A stretch of 54,687 nt of DNA, taken from a virus (taxonomy: Duplodnaviria > Caudoviricetes). The position numbers and the translations under genes were made by a program. The notes beneath the pieces are model-generated. The model was not told where the DNA came from. It did not search any database and saw only the letters and a list, made by a program, of their open reading frames with translations. The stretch is taken from IMG/VR virus record IMGVR_UViG_3300030117_001005, positions 1 to 54,687 of that record. One strand, written 5' to 3'. Of the stretch, positions 8,957-17,561 are shown in pieces (the first letter of the stretch is position 1; every line of letters starts with the position of its first letter).

Positions 8957-11064
8957 CCTTGTCCTTGTCCTGTGTTAGCAGGAAACCCAGGTTCACCAGG
9001 GGTAGGAACAGAGCCTGTACCTACTTGTCCACCACCAGATCCTTGAGTATCTTGTGCTTGTGCTCCTGCAGGTACTCCTTGTTGTGGTGGTGCTGCCTGT
9101 GGAGGTGGTGGATTTTCTGCTTGAAATTTCTTTAAGATCTCAGCTTGTATAGCTGCATCCGTCATTGAGTTTGCAACCTTATCAGGATCAAGATTCATAG
9201 AGTTTGCAATCTCCCTGATAATATAATCCATTTTTGCGAAAGGTGCAAGAGCAGGGTTCTGGACAACACCAAGAAACTGCATGAGCCTTTGACTACGAAC
9301 TTCGTTAGCCATAAGAGAGTTTGTGCCTTCTGCTTTTACTTCTAAGTCACCTTTTATCTCAGGATCAAAATCAAACTGCATGTTAAAACTAAAGAAAGCT
9401 TTTGCTAGTGGTGATAATAAATAATCGTCTATATTTTTAACAACAGTACGTATGCTACCGTTGGCAGCAGACATAAGCATAGAAATACCAGAAGCAGTAC
9501 GACCCACTCCTTGTATGCCTGTTTGACCATGAGCGAAAGATGGAAAGCCAGTTGACTCATCAGATAATACCCTTGCTTTATCAAACATCTGCATGTTTTC
9601 GTTACTGACATTAGGAAACTTAGTACCAAAGATAGCCTGTCCAGGAGCACCTCCTTGTCTACGAAACACTTTGCCAGGATACACAGATAAGTCTTGTCCT
9701 GGAACTAAGTTAGTTTCGTCTACTTCAATAAGCAAGTTGCCTGATAATGCAGCGTTATCCACACTCATTCTCATAAAACCATTCATAAGAGTTTGTGTGT
9801 CATCCATGTTTTCAGCAATACCCACACCAAAAAAGCTGTAAGGATTTACTTCGTAAGGCACAGCATAGTACGGAAGTATAGCAGGGTTAAAAGGGTTCAT
9901 TACAAGACGTATAACTTGTCCGTTACAAATCCAAATGTTTACTGATACTTGGTCTTGATCTTTTATTTCTTTTGGAATTTCTACGTCATGACCTTCTAAA
10001 ATATCTGTGTCTACGTAACCCCAGAACTCAAGAACGTTAAACCTTTCAGCTTTTGTTTCTTGATCTGCATCTTCCATGACTTGTTCCCACCATTCTTTAT
10101 TGTAGGACTCACCAATTCTAATTGCAGTATCTATGGCGTTAGATCTAAAGAAAGGTCTGTTTTTTAAACCTCTCATTTGTGACCTAGACATTTTATGTCG
10201 TTCAATAACGTACTCAGCCTCATCCATGTTATTAGCGTCAGGATCAGGATAAAAGTTCCATATACTTACAGAACCAGTTTGAGGAATAGTTTTGTACATT
10301 GGGGAGTAGTTGCCTTGATCATCCCAGTTAGGATATTCTTTATCAAGAGCAAATGGGCCTTTCATTATGCCTGTACCAAACAGAGCAGTTTCAAAGGCTG
10401 TGTTACGCAATTGTTTGCTTGCGTTGGATTCGTCTAGTTGATCATGGATTTTCTTTTCCATCTTTTTAGCTGCTACCATAGCAGGATGATAACTAGGTTG
10501 TGATGGTGTTTGTCCTTCACCTTCTCTAAGATCGTCAATGACAGGCTCTAGTTTATTACGTAAACCTCCTAGTCTTTCTCTTAGATCAATTATAGTTTCT
10601 CCAGGCTGTAACTTTGTATCATCAGGAGTAAGACCTTGTGAAGTAGCTTCTTTTATCTGAGGATTTGTTTCAAAGTGTACAGCTTCTGCTACACCGTCAG
10701 GGAGTTTAGTAGGGTTAATTGAGATAGGAAACTTGTGATTTCCAAATAAAACATCAACAATTTGACCGTAAGCTGCAAGAACTTTAGTCTTAGTTACTTT
10801 AACAAATACTCTAGATTTTTCTGTGGAAGTAAACTGTACGTCAGGACCATAGATACCTCTGTAATTCTGATAAGATTTAATCCATCTTTGTTCGTCAGAG
10901 TATCTAGCCTTTTCAGCTTTGGAATATCTTTCTTCTACAAAACCTAGAATAGTTCCTGTTGCAGGATCACTGCTTAATTTATCATCACTAGTATCTTCTA
11001 TATATGAAGAGTTATCTTCATCCATTGATAGTTCATCTGTGTCAAAAATATCGTCTTCTTCCAT
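8953..11064 (-). CDS. Portal protein (P22-like podovirus type)
   Basis: 703 aa after TerL; FVKVTKTKVLAAYGQI, LFGTGIMKGP, WNFYPDP, FFGVGIAENM, RTASGISMLM. Confidence 0.9.
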   Translation of the reverse strand: MEEDDIFDTDELSMDEDNSSYIEDTSDDKLSSDPATGTILGFVEERYSKAEKARYSDEQRWIKSYQNYRGIYGPDVQFTSTEKSRVFVKVTKTKVLAAYGQIVDVLFGNHKFPISINPTKLPDGVAEAVHFETNPQIKEATSQGLTPDDTKLQPGETIIDLRERLGGLRNKLEPVIDDLREGEGQTPSQPSYHPAMVAAKKMEKKIHDQLDESNASKQLRNTAFETALFGTGIMKGPFALDKEYPNWDDQGNYSPMYKTIPQTGSVSIWNFYPDPDANNMDEAEYVIERHKMSRSQMRGLKNRPFFRSNAIDTAIRIGESYNKEWWEQVMEDADQETKAERFNVLEFWGYVDTDILEGHDVEIPKEIKDQDQVSVNIWICNGQVIRLVMNPFNPAILPYYAVPYEVNPYSFFGVGIAENMDDTQTLMNGFMRMSVDNAALSGNLLIEVDETNLVPGQDLSVYPGKVFRRQGGAPGQAIFGTKFPNVSNENMQMFDKARVLSDESTGFPSFAHGQTGIQGVGRTASGISMLMSAANGSIRTVVKNIDDYLLSPLAKAFFSFNMQFDFDPEIKGDLEVKAEGTNSLMANEVRSQRLMQFLGVVQNPALAPFAKMDYIIREIANSMNLDPDKVANSMTDAAIQAEILKKFQAENPPPPQAAPPQQGVPAGAQAQDTQGSGGGQVGTGSVPTPGEPGFPANTGQGQG

Positions 11065-11073
11065 AGGAAATCC

Positions 11074-12660
11074 TTAATAACCAAAAGTGGGATCTGAAGC
11101 TTGAAAGCCTGATCTTTGAGAAGCAGGATCAAAATCAAATACGCTGCTTCTTGGACGTGTCATTACACCGTATCTAAGTGCGTCATACAAATGATCTTCT
11201 GCGTGAGTGTCTACATCTTCAGGATTTTTTTTATCTAAAGGTATAGACGGTAGTTGAGAGATAAGATTTGTGCAGTTATTAAATATAACAAGCCTTGGCT
11301 CTTCCGTAAATTCGTCCACTTGCAATCGTCTGTGTATCTCGTTTTTACCTGCTACCCTAGAACCTTTTGATCTGTCAGATGGCCTCCAACGGCAACCTTT
11401 CATAATCATTTGTTCTGCTAAACTAGGACCAGTGTCACCACGATTATGCCAAAGAGAAGAGTCTAATACTCCGTACCTTAGTTTCTCTCCGTCTTCAATG
11501 TCCAGGATCATGTCAGCCAAATCAGTAGCAATTACCTTAGAAACGTATAGCTCTCTGTAGACTATTAGCTGTTCAGATCCTGGAACAACTGCGAACCAGA
11601 CAACACCAGTATAAGATCCGTATCCGTAGTCACAAGCTCTAAATCGAGTCCAGTTACTAGGTACTTCATAAGGATCTACTACGTGGATACGCCTGTTAAA
11701 CTCTGGAAAAGCTGCACCTTCATTTATATCCCAATCCCCTTCAAGCAACTGTCTTCTTTGATGTTCTGGTAAAGACAAAAGATTTGCTTCGTACATACCA
11801 TCTTCAGACAGGTAGGGATTATCAAATAACGTAGCAGGAATAAACTTTCTTTTAAATAAAGGTTCACCTTCCCTGCTATGACCTTTAGGCCACTTTATTA
11901 TTTCTCCGTTTTCGTCTGTTGCCCAAAAAGATTTGTCTGGTTTACTTGGGTCAATAAATATTTTTTTTACCCATCTGTGTCCTGGCCCCCCAGGGTTGCT
12001 TGTGGCTCTCATGTAGAGAGGAAGTCCACTGGCTTTTGTAGCACGTAACCTTGAACGCATATATGTCCAAGCGTAGTCTGTAGGCCATTGGGTTAACTCG
12101 TCAAAGCCTATCCAGTTAAAAGCTTGTCCTTGGTATCTCATAACATCATCATCACGATCAAGGTATGACATCCAAAGTGTTGCACCGTTTGGTGCTACCC
12201 AAGTCTTATCTCTTTCCATAAACTTTATTCCTGGCACAGCCTTTGGATAAAGTTGTTTGCTTACAGAAATAAGTTCTCGTAGCTCTTCTGTACTCCTACG
12301 AACAAGTAGCATTCGTGCATGTGGATTCGTAAAATATCTAACTGGATCAGCCACCAACGAAAACGACTTACCCCCACCTGCTGCTCCTCCATATAGAACC
12401 TCTTGTTCTGTAGCTGCTAAGAACCTAGTCTGTGGTCCTTTATTCGGTTGGAATATTACCTCTTGTCTGTCCACAGAAGGGGCAACACTCCCCTCTTTCA
12501 AGTTTGATGTAGTCCTCATCTGTGGTGAGACTTCTGGTATTTCTACCACCAAGTCTTTCTTTTTCGATCTTCTGGCTTTTCCTTGCCGCTTCTTTGTATT
12601 TTTTGGCATACTGCTTGTAGTTTGAGGAAGCTCTACGCCTTTTTTCTTCCATTCTGACAC
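11074..12660 (-). CDS. terL: Terminase large subunit (true start uncertain, probably downstream of 12660)
   Basis: Walker A YGGAAGGGKS, Walker B IGFDELTQW, ATSNPGG, nuclease ACDYGY and DHLYDALRY. Confidence 0.93.
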   Translation of the reverse strand: MSEWKKKGVELPQTTSSMPKNTKKRQGKARRSKKKDLVVEIPEVSPQMRTTSNLKEGSVAPSVDRQEVIFQPNKGPQTRFLAATEQEVLYGGAAGGGKSFSLVADPVRYFTNPHARMLLVRRSTEELRELISVSKQLYPKAVPGIKFMERDKTWVAPNGATLWMSYLDRDDDVMRYQGQAFNWIGFDELTQWPTDYAWTYMRSRLRATKASGLPLYMRATSNPGGPGHRWVKKIFIDPSKPDKSFWATDENGEIIKWPKGHSREGEPLFKRKFIPATLFDNPYLSEDGMYEANLLSLPEHQRRQLLEGDWDINEGAAFPEFNRRIHVVDPYEVPSNWTRFRACDYGYGSYTGVVWFAVVPGSEQLIVYRELYVSKVIATDLADMILDIEDGEKLRYGVLDSSLWHNRGDTGPSLAEQMIMKGCRWRPSDRSKGSRVAGKNEIHRRLQVDEFTEEPRLVIFNNCTNLISQLPSIPLDKKNPEDVDTHAEDHLYDALRYGVMTRPRSSVFDFDPASQRSGFQASDPTFGY

Positions 12661-12946
12661 GTTTATATAACCCTACATGTGATATGTCTCTACCAGATTG
12701 GTCAGATAACCACTTGGCTACTTGCCTGACACTGTAATCTTGAAGAAACCTTTTTGCTTTTTCTAAAAGTTCTAATTCTTCAGGGATAGGAATAAGAAGC
12801 ATGTCATCTTCTTTGTCCTGTTTATAACCAAAGGGTACGTGTCTTCCTACTCTTATAATCGGATACCACTCTCCCAGTTTTCCTTGCAGCGGTATTTGCC
12901 AATCTACTTTGGTTGGATGGTCTGCTTCAGTCGCTCTTTTACTCAT
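12440..12946 (-). CDS. HTH protein resembling the recombinase DNA-binding domain, between TerS and TerL
   Basis: VPFGY...LIPIPEELE...SVRQVAKWL..GRDISHVGL; no catalytic serine-recombinase domain. Confidence 0.6.
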   Translation of the reverse strand: MSKRATEADHPTKVDWQIPLQGKLGEWYPIIRVGRHVPFGYKQDKEDDMLLIPIPEELELLEKAKRFLQDYSVRQVAKWLSDQSGRDISHVGLYKRVRMEEKRRRASSNYKQYAKKYKEAARKSQKIEKERLGGRNTRSLTTDEDYIKLERGECCPFCGQTRGNIPTE

Positions 12947-13301
12947 TATCTTTCGCAGGTAGAATAAACAAAGGTTCTGATGTTTTTACTTCTACTTTAT
13001 CTGTTTTAGTAAAACCTGCACGATCTAAAATATCTTTTGCTGCTAACATTTTTTCTTTTACACCTAGATCTGTAGGATCTTTCATAACAGAAAACATAGT
13101 ATACGCAGCTTTTGTTGATGATTGTGCTATAAATTTTTTTGTTAGTTCTGCTATCTCATCTGTGAGACTGTTTACTATTTGTGTAGAGGCAACACCGTCA
13201 GAGTAACCTGCTAGTTTTTTTGCTTTTACAGGATCTCCTTGAGCTTCTTCAAATAGAACGTCAAGGAACTTCTGTTGTTTCTCTGTTAGTTGTTTTGCCA
13301 T
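12939..13301 (-). CDS. terS: Terminase small subunit (start revised to MAKQLTEKQ)
   Basis: LTEKQQKFL...AKKLAGYS...AAKDILDRAG motif; TAATG coupling to the upstream gene. Confidence 0.75.
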   Translation of the reverse strand: MAKQLTEKQQKFLDVLFEEAQGDPVKAKKLAGYSDGVASTQIVNSLTDEIAELTKKFIAQSSTKAAYTMFSVMKDPTDLGVKEKMLAAKDILDRAGFTKTDKVEVKTSEPLFILPAKDNE

Positions 13302-13756
13302 TATGCCACCATGTAAAGTATAAATCCTAGAGTACTTGCACCAACTAAAAGAATAACACCTGATATACCCCAAGTAATTATTGCTTCAATCATTTCTGCT
13401 TTACGATACTCTTGTTCTTTCTTTTGTTTTCGTATCCTGCCCTCAGTCGCCACTAGCTCATCCCAAACCGATGGCCCATACGTAAAACTGATCCAGTCTT
13501 TTAGCTCCTGACGCATGGCCTCTGCTTTCTTTTTAGCAGTGAATATTTCTAAAGCTTCTGCTTCAACAGAACCTCCCATAGCTTTCCACCAAGGGGGGTT
13601 CTTATTCTTTTGTTCTAAGTAGGCTAGGTCACTCATGCTACTAGCCCACTGATTTAGTTGACCACCCATTTCTTGAAGATCTTTTCCGAACTGGAAGCCT
13701 TTCTTCAAAGCATTGAACGCTACGGTAGCTCCACCGATAATTGTTACTGGGTCCAC
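13301..13756 (-). CDS. Hypothetical protein with a C-terminal transmembrane helix
   Basis: GTG start after GGGAGGAGG; MDPVTII N-terminus, coiled coil, hydrophobic C-terminus. Confidence 0.65.
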   Translation of the reverse strand: MDPVTIIGGATVAFNALKKGFQFGKDLQEMGGQLNQWASSMSDLAYLEQKNKNPPWWKAMGGSVEAEALEIFTAKKKAEAMRQELKDWISFTYGPSVWDELVATEGRIRKQKKEQEYRKAEMIEAIITWGISGVILLVGASTLGFILYMVA

Positions 13757-13807
13757 GAGCCTCCTCCCAAAGTACTCCTAGTATCATTAAAGAACTGATT
13801 GTGTTTT

Positions 13808-13972
13808 TCAAAGAGGTTTACCTGTTAAGATAACCCTCTCTATATCACACCTGCCTATACCTAAGTCTCGTAGCTCTCTGTCAGTCATCTTGTAAAGCTG
13901 CATACGTGCAATCTTACGTCTGGCTGACTCTGCTCTTGCTTCTACTAATCTATTGAAAAACCTTTTAAACAT
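13808..13972 (-). CDS. DUF1127 (YjiS/CcaF1-like) small Arg-rich protein, 54 aa; missing from the ORF track
   Basis: MFKRFFNRLVEARAESARRKIARMQLYKMTDRELRDLGIGRCDIERVILTGKPL matches the L..[LM][ST]D..L.D[LI]G[LI].R.DI signature; GAGGA RBS. Confidence 0.85.
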   Translation of the reverse strand: MFKRFFNRLVEARAESARRKIARMQLYKMTDRELRDLGIGRCDIERVILTGKPL

Positions 13973-14013
13973 TTTCTATCCTCTGTGTGTGTTAGCCCTA
14001 ACTGGCTGAGGAT

Positions 14014-14057
14014 AGTTATATTCAAGTAGTTATATCAGAGTAGTGACAAATATGCAA
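14014..14057 (-). promoter_or_regulatory. Promoter for the DUF1127 gene with tandem TATAACT boxes
   Basis: TTGCAT-N17-TATAACT (14028-14057) plus a second TATAACT at 14014-14020. Confidence 0.55.
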
Positions 14058-14062
14058 CCCCG

Positions 14063-14296
14063 TTATGATTTGTTCTTTGGTTTTGTAGTCCAAGCTTCGT
14101 TAACATCAGGTGTAGAGGGATCATCTTTTATGTAGTGACCCTTCTCATTTCGAGCACGTACTTTTTCTGTTTCAGGTTTGTCTTGATTCATAATAAACTC
14201 TAATACAGCAGGATCTTTGGTGTGCCACTCTCCATGAATGTACTCAGCAAGAACAGCACCATATTGATCAACTACTTTTTCACCATCTAGTTTCAT
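14063..14296 (-). CDS. Hypothetical protein (RARNEKGHY..DDPSTPDVNEAW motif)
   Basis: 77-aa ORF coupled to the upstream gene. Confidence 0.6.
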   Translation of the reverse strand: MKLDGEKVVDQYGAVLAEYIHGEWHTKDPAVLEFIMNQDKPETEKVRARNEKGHYIKDDPSTPDVNEAWTTKPKNKS

Positions 14297-14913
14297 CTTT
14301 TACCTCTTCTAGTCATACCACCACCGTAAAACATTCCTTTCTTACGATAGTCAGTCATTCCACCTTTAGCATACCCTTTTTTCTTTTTTTGTAAGCTACC
14401 TTTAGAATTTCCGTACCTAGTGCTTTCTGTTCTGCCTGGACCCATCTTATAGGCTTCTAAAGCTCTTGCTCTATTTTTGTACTTGTCTTTGTTCTTTTTG
14501 TACCATTCATCAAACTTAGTAGCTTTTGCTAAACCTTCTTCAGCAACCTTTTTAACTTTAGCTACTTGCTTAGATTTAGCTTCTCGCTCTCCGATGCTTT
14601 GTTTAGGTTCTTTACCTTTAGTTGGGATAGTAAAAGCAGGAGGTAATTTTTCAACTGTAATAACATCCTTTGCTGAACCTGGACGTATTCTAGGTTTCAT
14701 TGAAGACTTAGGAGCACCACTAATATCTTTGCCTTTGTTGTTAGCCCAAGCTGTCAGAGCAGAACCTTTGTACTTACCCTTGTTTCTTTTTTTCCAAGCG
14801 TCTAAATCTTCTTTTGTTACAGCAAGCATCTTCTTGCCTTGCTTGTTCATGTAATACATTGATCCTGCTTTTTTAGCAGCAGCAATTGTTTTATAATCTT
14901 TATATGAGGCCAT
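14293..14913 (-). CDS. Lys-rich basic protein with GG motifs (start revised to MASYKDYK)
   Basis: AAGGA RBS before ATG 14913; ends KKKKGYAKGGMTDYRKKGMFYGGGMTRRGKR. Confidence 0.65.
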   Translation of the reverse strand: MASYKDYKTIAAAKKAGSMYYMNKQGKKMLAVTKEDLDAWKKRNKGKYKGSALTAWANNKGKDISGAPKSSMKPRIRPGSAKDVITVEKLPPAFTIPTKGKEPKQSIGEREAKSKQVAKVKKVAEEGLAKATKFDEWYKKNKDKYKNRARALEAYKMGPGRTESTRYGNSKGSLQKKKKGYAKGGMTDYRKKGMFYGGGMTRRGKR

Positions 14914-14917
14914 TGGA

Positions 14918-15355
14918 CTAATCCTTGTTATAAGTGTCAGGAGCTTTTTTGATCCCTGTGTTAAGAGGACCAGAAGACTTAACCATACCACCTACGTTGT
15001 AAGTAGCTACTGTACCGCCTTTAGCGTAAGCTTTCTTTTTCATGTTAGCTCCACCTTTAGCCATGCCTTTCTTTTTCATCATAGCACCGCCATTAGCCAT
15101 GCCCTTTTTCTTTTTGGGCATACCACCTTCGTTCATGTAACCCATCTTGTTACGAACTGATTCAGGTAGTTTTTTAAGACCAGTTTGGTTAGCACTAGGA
15201 GCTTTTAATCCTCCTGCTGCGTAACCCTTTTTCTTCATGTTGACACCGCCCTTAGCCATGCCTTTTTTCTTCATGTTGACACCACCCTTAGCCATGCCTT
15301 TCTTTTTCATCATAGCACCACCGTTAGCCATGCCTTTTTTCTTCATCTTTTTCAT
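14918..15355 (-). CDS. Repetitive Lys/Gly/Met-rich protein (KKKGMAKGG repeats)
   Basis: About nine [MY]-[AN]-x-GG units; 36-bp tandem DNA repeats at ~15225-15345 and ~15015-15115. Confidence 0.75.
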   Translation of the reverse strand: MKKMKKKGMANGGAMMKKKGMAKGGVNMKKKGMAKGGVNMKKKGYAAGGLKAPSANQTGLKKLPESVRNKMGYMNEGGMPKKKKGMANGGAMMKKKGMAKGGANMKKKAYAKGGTVATYNVGGMVKSSGPLNTGIKKAPDTYNKD

Positions 15356-16041
15356 TTATCTTCCTCACTATTAATACTATACAAATTATTAAAGACTCGT
15401 TGCGTATCCCATACGTAGTCCACGTTTTCTTTTGAGTTATAAATATTCTGGTTTGGTTTAAAGTCTGGTGCACCTTGACCTGTTTCAAACCAAGCAGGGT
15501 GAGTTACTCTCACTCTATTGTTGGGTAACGCAACAATGTTACCTGTGTACTCCCCTGCATCCAACAACTCAAGTACGTGAGATTGTTTGTGCTGTGCAGG
15601 ATCGTCTGCTACTTCATTGTCAGTATAATCAACAGTGAAGTAATACTTTGCAGGATAGAACTGCCCATCTACTTTTGCTATCCAAGGGGCAGGACTAGCT
15701 CTTTCTAATTTGTATACTGAGTGTGTATGCGACATACAATCCCAGGGTTGTGCTAAATACGGTGGTAATTCTTCAGGCCACTCTTCTAAAGGTGTGTCTG
15801 CTACGAGTGCTGTAAGAGGCATCCTTGCCCACATTGCACCACCGTGTACGTTCTCTGAGCCATCAAAGTCCGACTCACAACCAGTAAATAAAACTTGAAA
15901 ACTTAGAGTTCTGTTTGGCATGGTGGTTACACCTATAACCATACAATGTAAAAACTCTCCGTGATAGTCTTCAAAATTCTTTGTGTATTCTCTACGTACC
16001 CATGCTTTGAAGTACGGTATGCTACTTTGTAGATACGGCAT
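15352..16041 (-). CDS. Conserved hypothetical phage protein (start revised to MPYLQSSIPYF)
   Basis: Globular, HGGAMWARMP..AQPWDC..KYYFTVDY..QHKQSH..PNNRVR; no function recognised. Confidence 0.7.
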   Translation of the reverse strand: MPYLQSSIPYFKAWVRREYTKNFEDYHGEFLHCMVIGVTTMPNRTLSFQVLFTGCESDFDGSENVHGGAMWARMPLTALVADTPLEEWPEELPPYLAQPWDCMSHTHSVYKLERASPAPWIAKVDGQFYPAKYYFTVDYTDNEVADDPAQHKQSHVLELLDAGEYTGNIVALPNNRVRVTHPAWFETGQGAPDFKPNQNIYNSKENVDYVWDTQRVFNNLYSINSEEDK

Positions 16042-16327
16042 CTTTTTTGTGTTTCCTTCGCAATTCTGCTTTAGCTTGTTTAAAGACATTTGCTATTGCT
16101 GTCTTGCCCATAACCTTAGCACGTTGCTCTGCTACGGTCAATATTTGGATCTTTCTTGCGTAAGGCTTCTTTAACTTTTTTACTTTTGCTACTGTAGCTT
16201 TGGCATCAGCCATTGTAGCAAACTTGATCGATACCGTGTCTTTAGGGTTTTCATCCGTGTATAGTCTACGTCCAGACCCTTTAGGTTTTTTACCTGTTCC
16301 TACTTTTGGGTCTTTTTGCTTTGCCAT
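16022..16327 (-). CDS. Basic hypothetical protein (RLYTDENPKDT family)
   Basis: 101 aa, Lys-rich, within the operon. Confidence 0.65.
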   Translation of the reverse strand: MAKQKDPKVGTGKKPKGSGRRLYTDENPKDTVSIKFATMADAKATVAKVKKLKKPYARKIQILTVAEQRAKVMGKTAIANVFKQAKAELRRKHKKDAVSTK

Positions 16328-16583
16328 TACTTACTACCCCACCTTTAGCGGCTCTAAACTTTCTTGTCTTTTCCGCTATCTTTTTAGGTTGTGCCACAAA
16401 CTGTTTACCTGCAGCCTTTCCTTTTCTTTTAGCTTTTGTTGTGGCTGCATACTCACTGCTGCTAAGAGATTTAATAGCTGCACTAGGTAAATACCGTTCA
16501 CCAGTCTTAGAACTGGGCTTGCCACTCTTTGTGCGCCATTTTTGTTTAGTCCATTTCTTAAGAGACTTCTGTGGGGCTTTCAC
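16290..16583 (-). CDS. Basic protein, C-terminal half of a DUF5872-like domain
   Basis: QKSLKKWTKQKWRTKSG..GERYLP; GTGA-coupled to the upstream ORF. Confidence 0.6.
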   Translation of the reverse strand: MKAPQKSLKKWTKQKWRTKSGKPSSKTGERYLPSAAIKSLSSSEYAATTKAKRKGKAAGKQFVAQPKKIAEKTRKFRAAKGGVVSNGKAKRPKSRNR

Positions 16584-16873
16584 GACTTGTAGCCTCCACC
16601 TTTGGCTTTGTATTGTTTGGCTAACATTTGAGCTTTACGAGCAGACCATTGACCAGGGCTACCCCCTTTGCCACCTGCTTTGATCCTGTTGAATAGGTTT
16701 TTACGCATAGTTGGTTTAGTGTAATTACCTGCTTTGTTAACTGTACTACCACCGCTAGACATTCCAACTGCTTTTTTTAAAGTCTTTGCTTGACCTGCGT
16801 GTGTTTTTGAGGCTTTGCTTAAACCTTTAATTACTTTTTTTACTTTAGTTTTATTTTGTTTTGATAAAGCCAT
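16580..16873 (-). CDS. Basic protein, N-terminal half of a DUF5872-like domain
   Basis: YTKPTMR...KGGSPGQWSARKAQMLAKQYKAKGGGY. Confidence 0.6.
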   Translation of the reverse strand: MALSKQNKTKVKKVIKGLSKASKTHAGQAKTLKKAVGMSSGGSTVNKAGNYTKPTMRKNLFNRIKAGGKGGSPGQWSARKAQMLAKQYKAKGGGYKS

Positions 16874-16878
16874 TGTCT

Positions 16879-16974
16879 TTATGCCTTACAATTACAATCA
16901 GGCCCACAGTTCTTATTTAAAATAGCACACCCTATTCTTTTAAAATATCTCCAAAACCATTTTATTATTTTCAT
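16879..16974 (-). CDS. 31-aa cationic Cys-rich peptide; missing from the ORF track
   Basis: MKIIKWFWRYFKRIGCAILNKNCGPDCNCKA; AGGAG RBS, ATGA overlap with the upstream stop, fills the intergenic gap. Confidence 0.55.
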   Translation of the reverse strand: MKIIKWFWRYFKRIGCAILNKNCGPDCNCKA

Positions 16975-17165
16975 AGTGAAACTCCTATTTCAATCTTTTG
17001 ACAATCTGGTATAGCTAGGTATCCCTGTTGTTGAAAATATCTAGCTACTATCATTGCCTCTTGAGCACATGCTTCCTCTGTAGTAAATGTTGCAGTTTTT
17101 TTTACCATGATTTCGCAAGACAATGCTGCAGGTGTACTACAGAGGAGCATAAATGCTATCCACAT
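16971..17165 (-). CDS. Small Cys-pair protein (F-x-T-x-E-x-C family)
   Basis: Hydrophobic N-terminus, FTTEEAC, C-terminal PDC. Confidence 0.6.
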   Translation of the reverse strand: MWIAFMLLCSTPAALSCEIMVKKTATFTTEEACAQEAMIVARYFQQQGYLAIPDCQKIEIGVSL

Positions 17166-17554
17166 TAGAAACTGACCGTAGCCCCTACTGTTACGTCACC
17201 AAACTCTAAATCTGAATCTGTTGACACTTCGGTATACAGACTAATGTTTGTGCTAGGCACAGTGTAGTCTGCTGTAAAATCTAAGCCTTGAAAGATGTCT
17301 CCTTCGTCAAGAGTCAACATATCAATATCAGTAGACATTGTTAGGCCAATACCCATAGCAGATAAACCTGCTGATGGTGTCATTTCCCATTCCCAATCTT
17401 CTACCCCTGTTGTGTAGTTAAGATCTGAGGACGCACCAAACGATATAGTCTGACCTGCTACTGAGAAGTCTTTTGAGTAGGATGCAGTTGCCATTATAGC
17501 AGCCAATCCTACCCATGCTGCTACTACAGCTATTTCTTTTTTGTTTAACATCAT
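17165..17554 (-). CDS. Putative small outer-membrane beta-barrel protein (start revised)
   Basis: Signal-peptide-like N-terminus, amphipathic beta strands, C-terminal VTVGATVSF ending in Phe. Confidence 0.6.
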   Translation of the reverse strand: MMLNKKEIAVVAAWVGLAAIMATASYSKDFSVAGQTISFGASSDLNYTTGVEDWEWEMTPSAGLSAMGIGLTMSTDIDMLTLDEGDIFQGLDFTADYTVPSTNISLYTEVSTDSDLEFGDVTVGATVSF

Positions 17555-17561
17555 TTTATTT

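Noticed and set aside
12440-12946. Integrase / lysogeny module
   Set aside because: Only an HTH-like part, with no catalytic domain, repressor or att site recognised.
13760-13768. CCTCCTCCC as a cuckoo/CcsR sRNA downstream of DUF1127
   Set aside because: Single copy on the strand opposite DUF1127 and not in repeated hairpins; on the coding strand it is the next gene's RBS.
13641-13811. 56-codon TTG ORF overlapping 13301..13756 in another frame
   Set aside because: Weak start, no clear RBS, largely overlaps a better gene.
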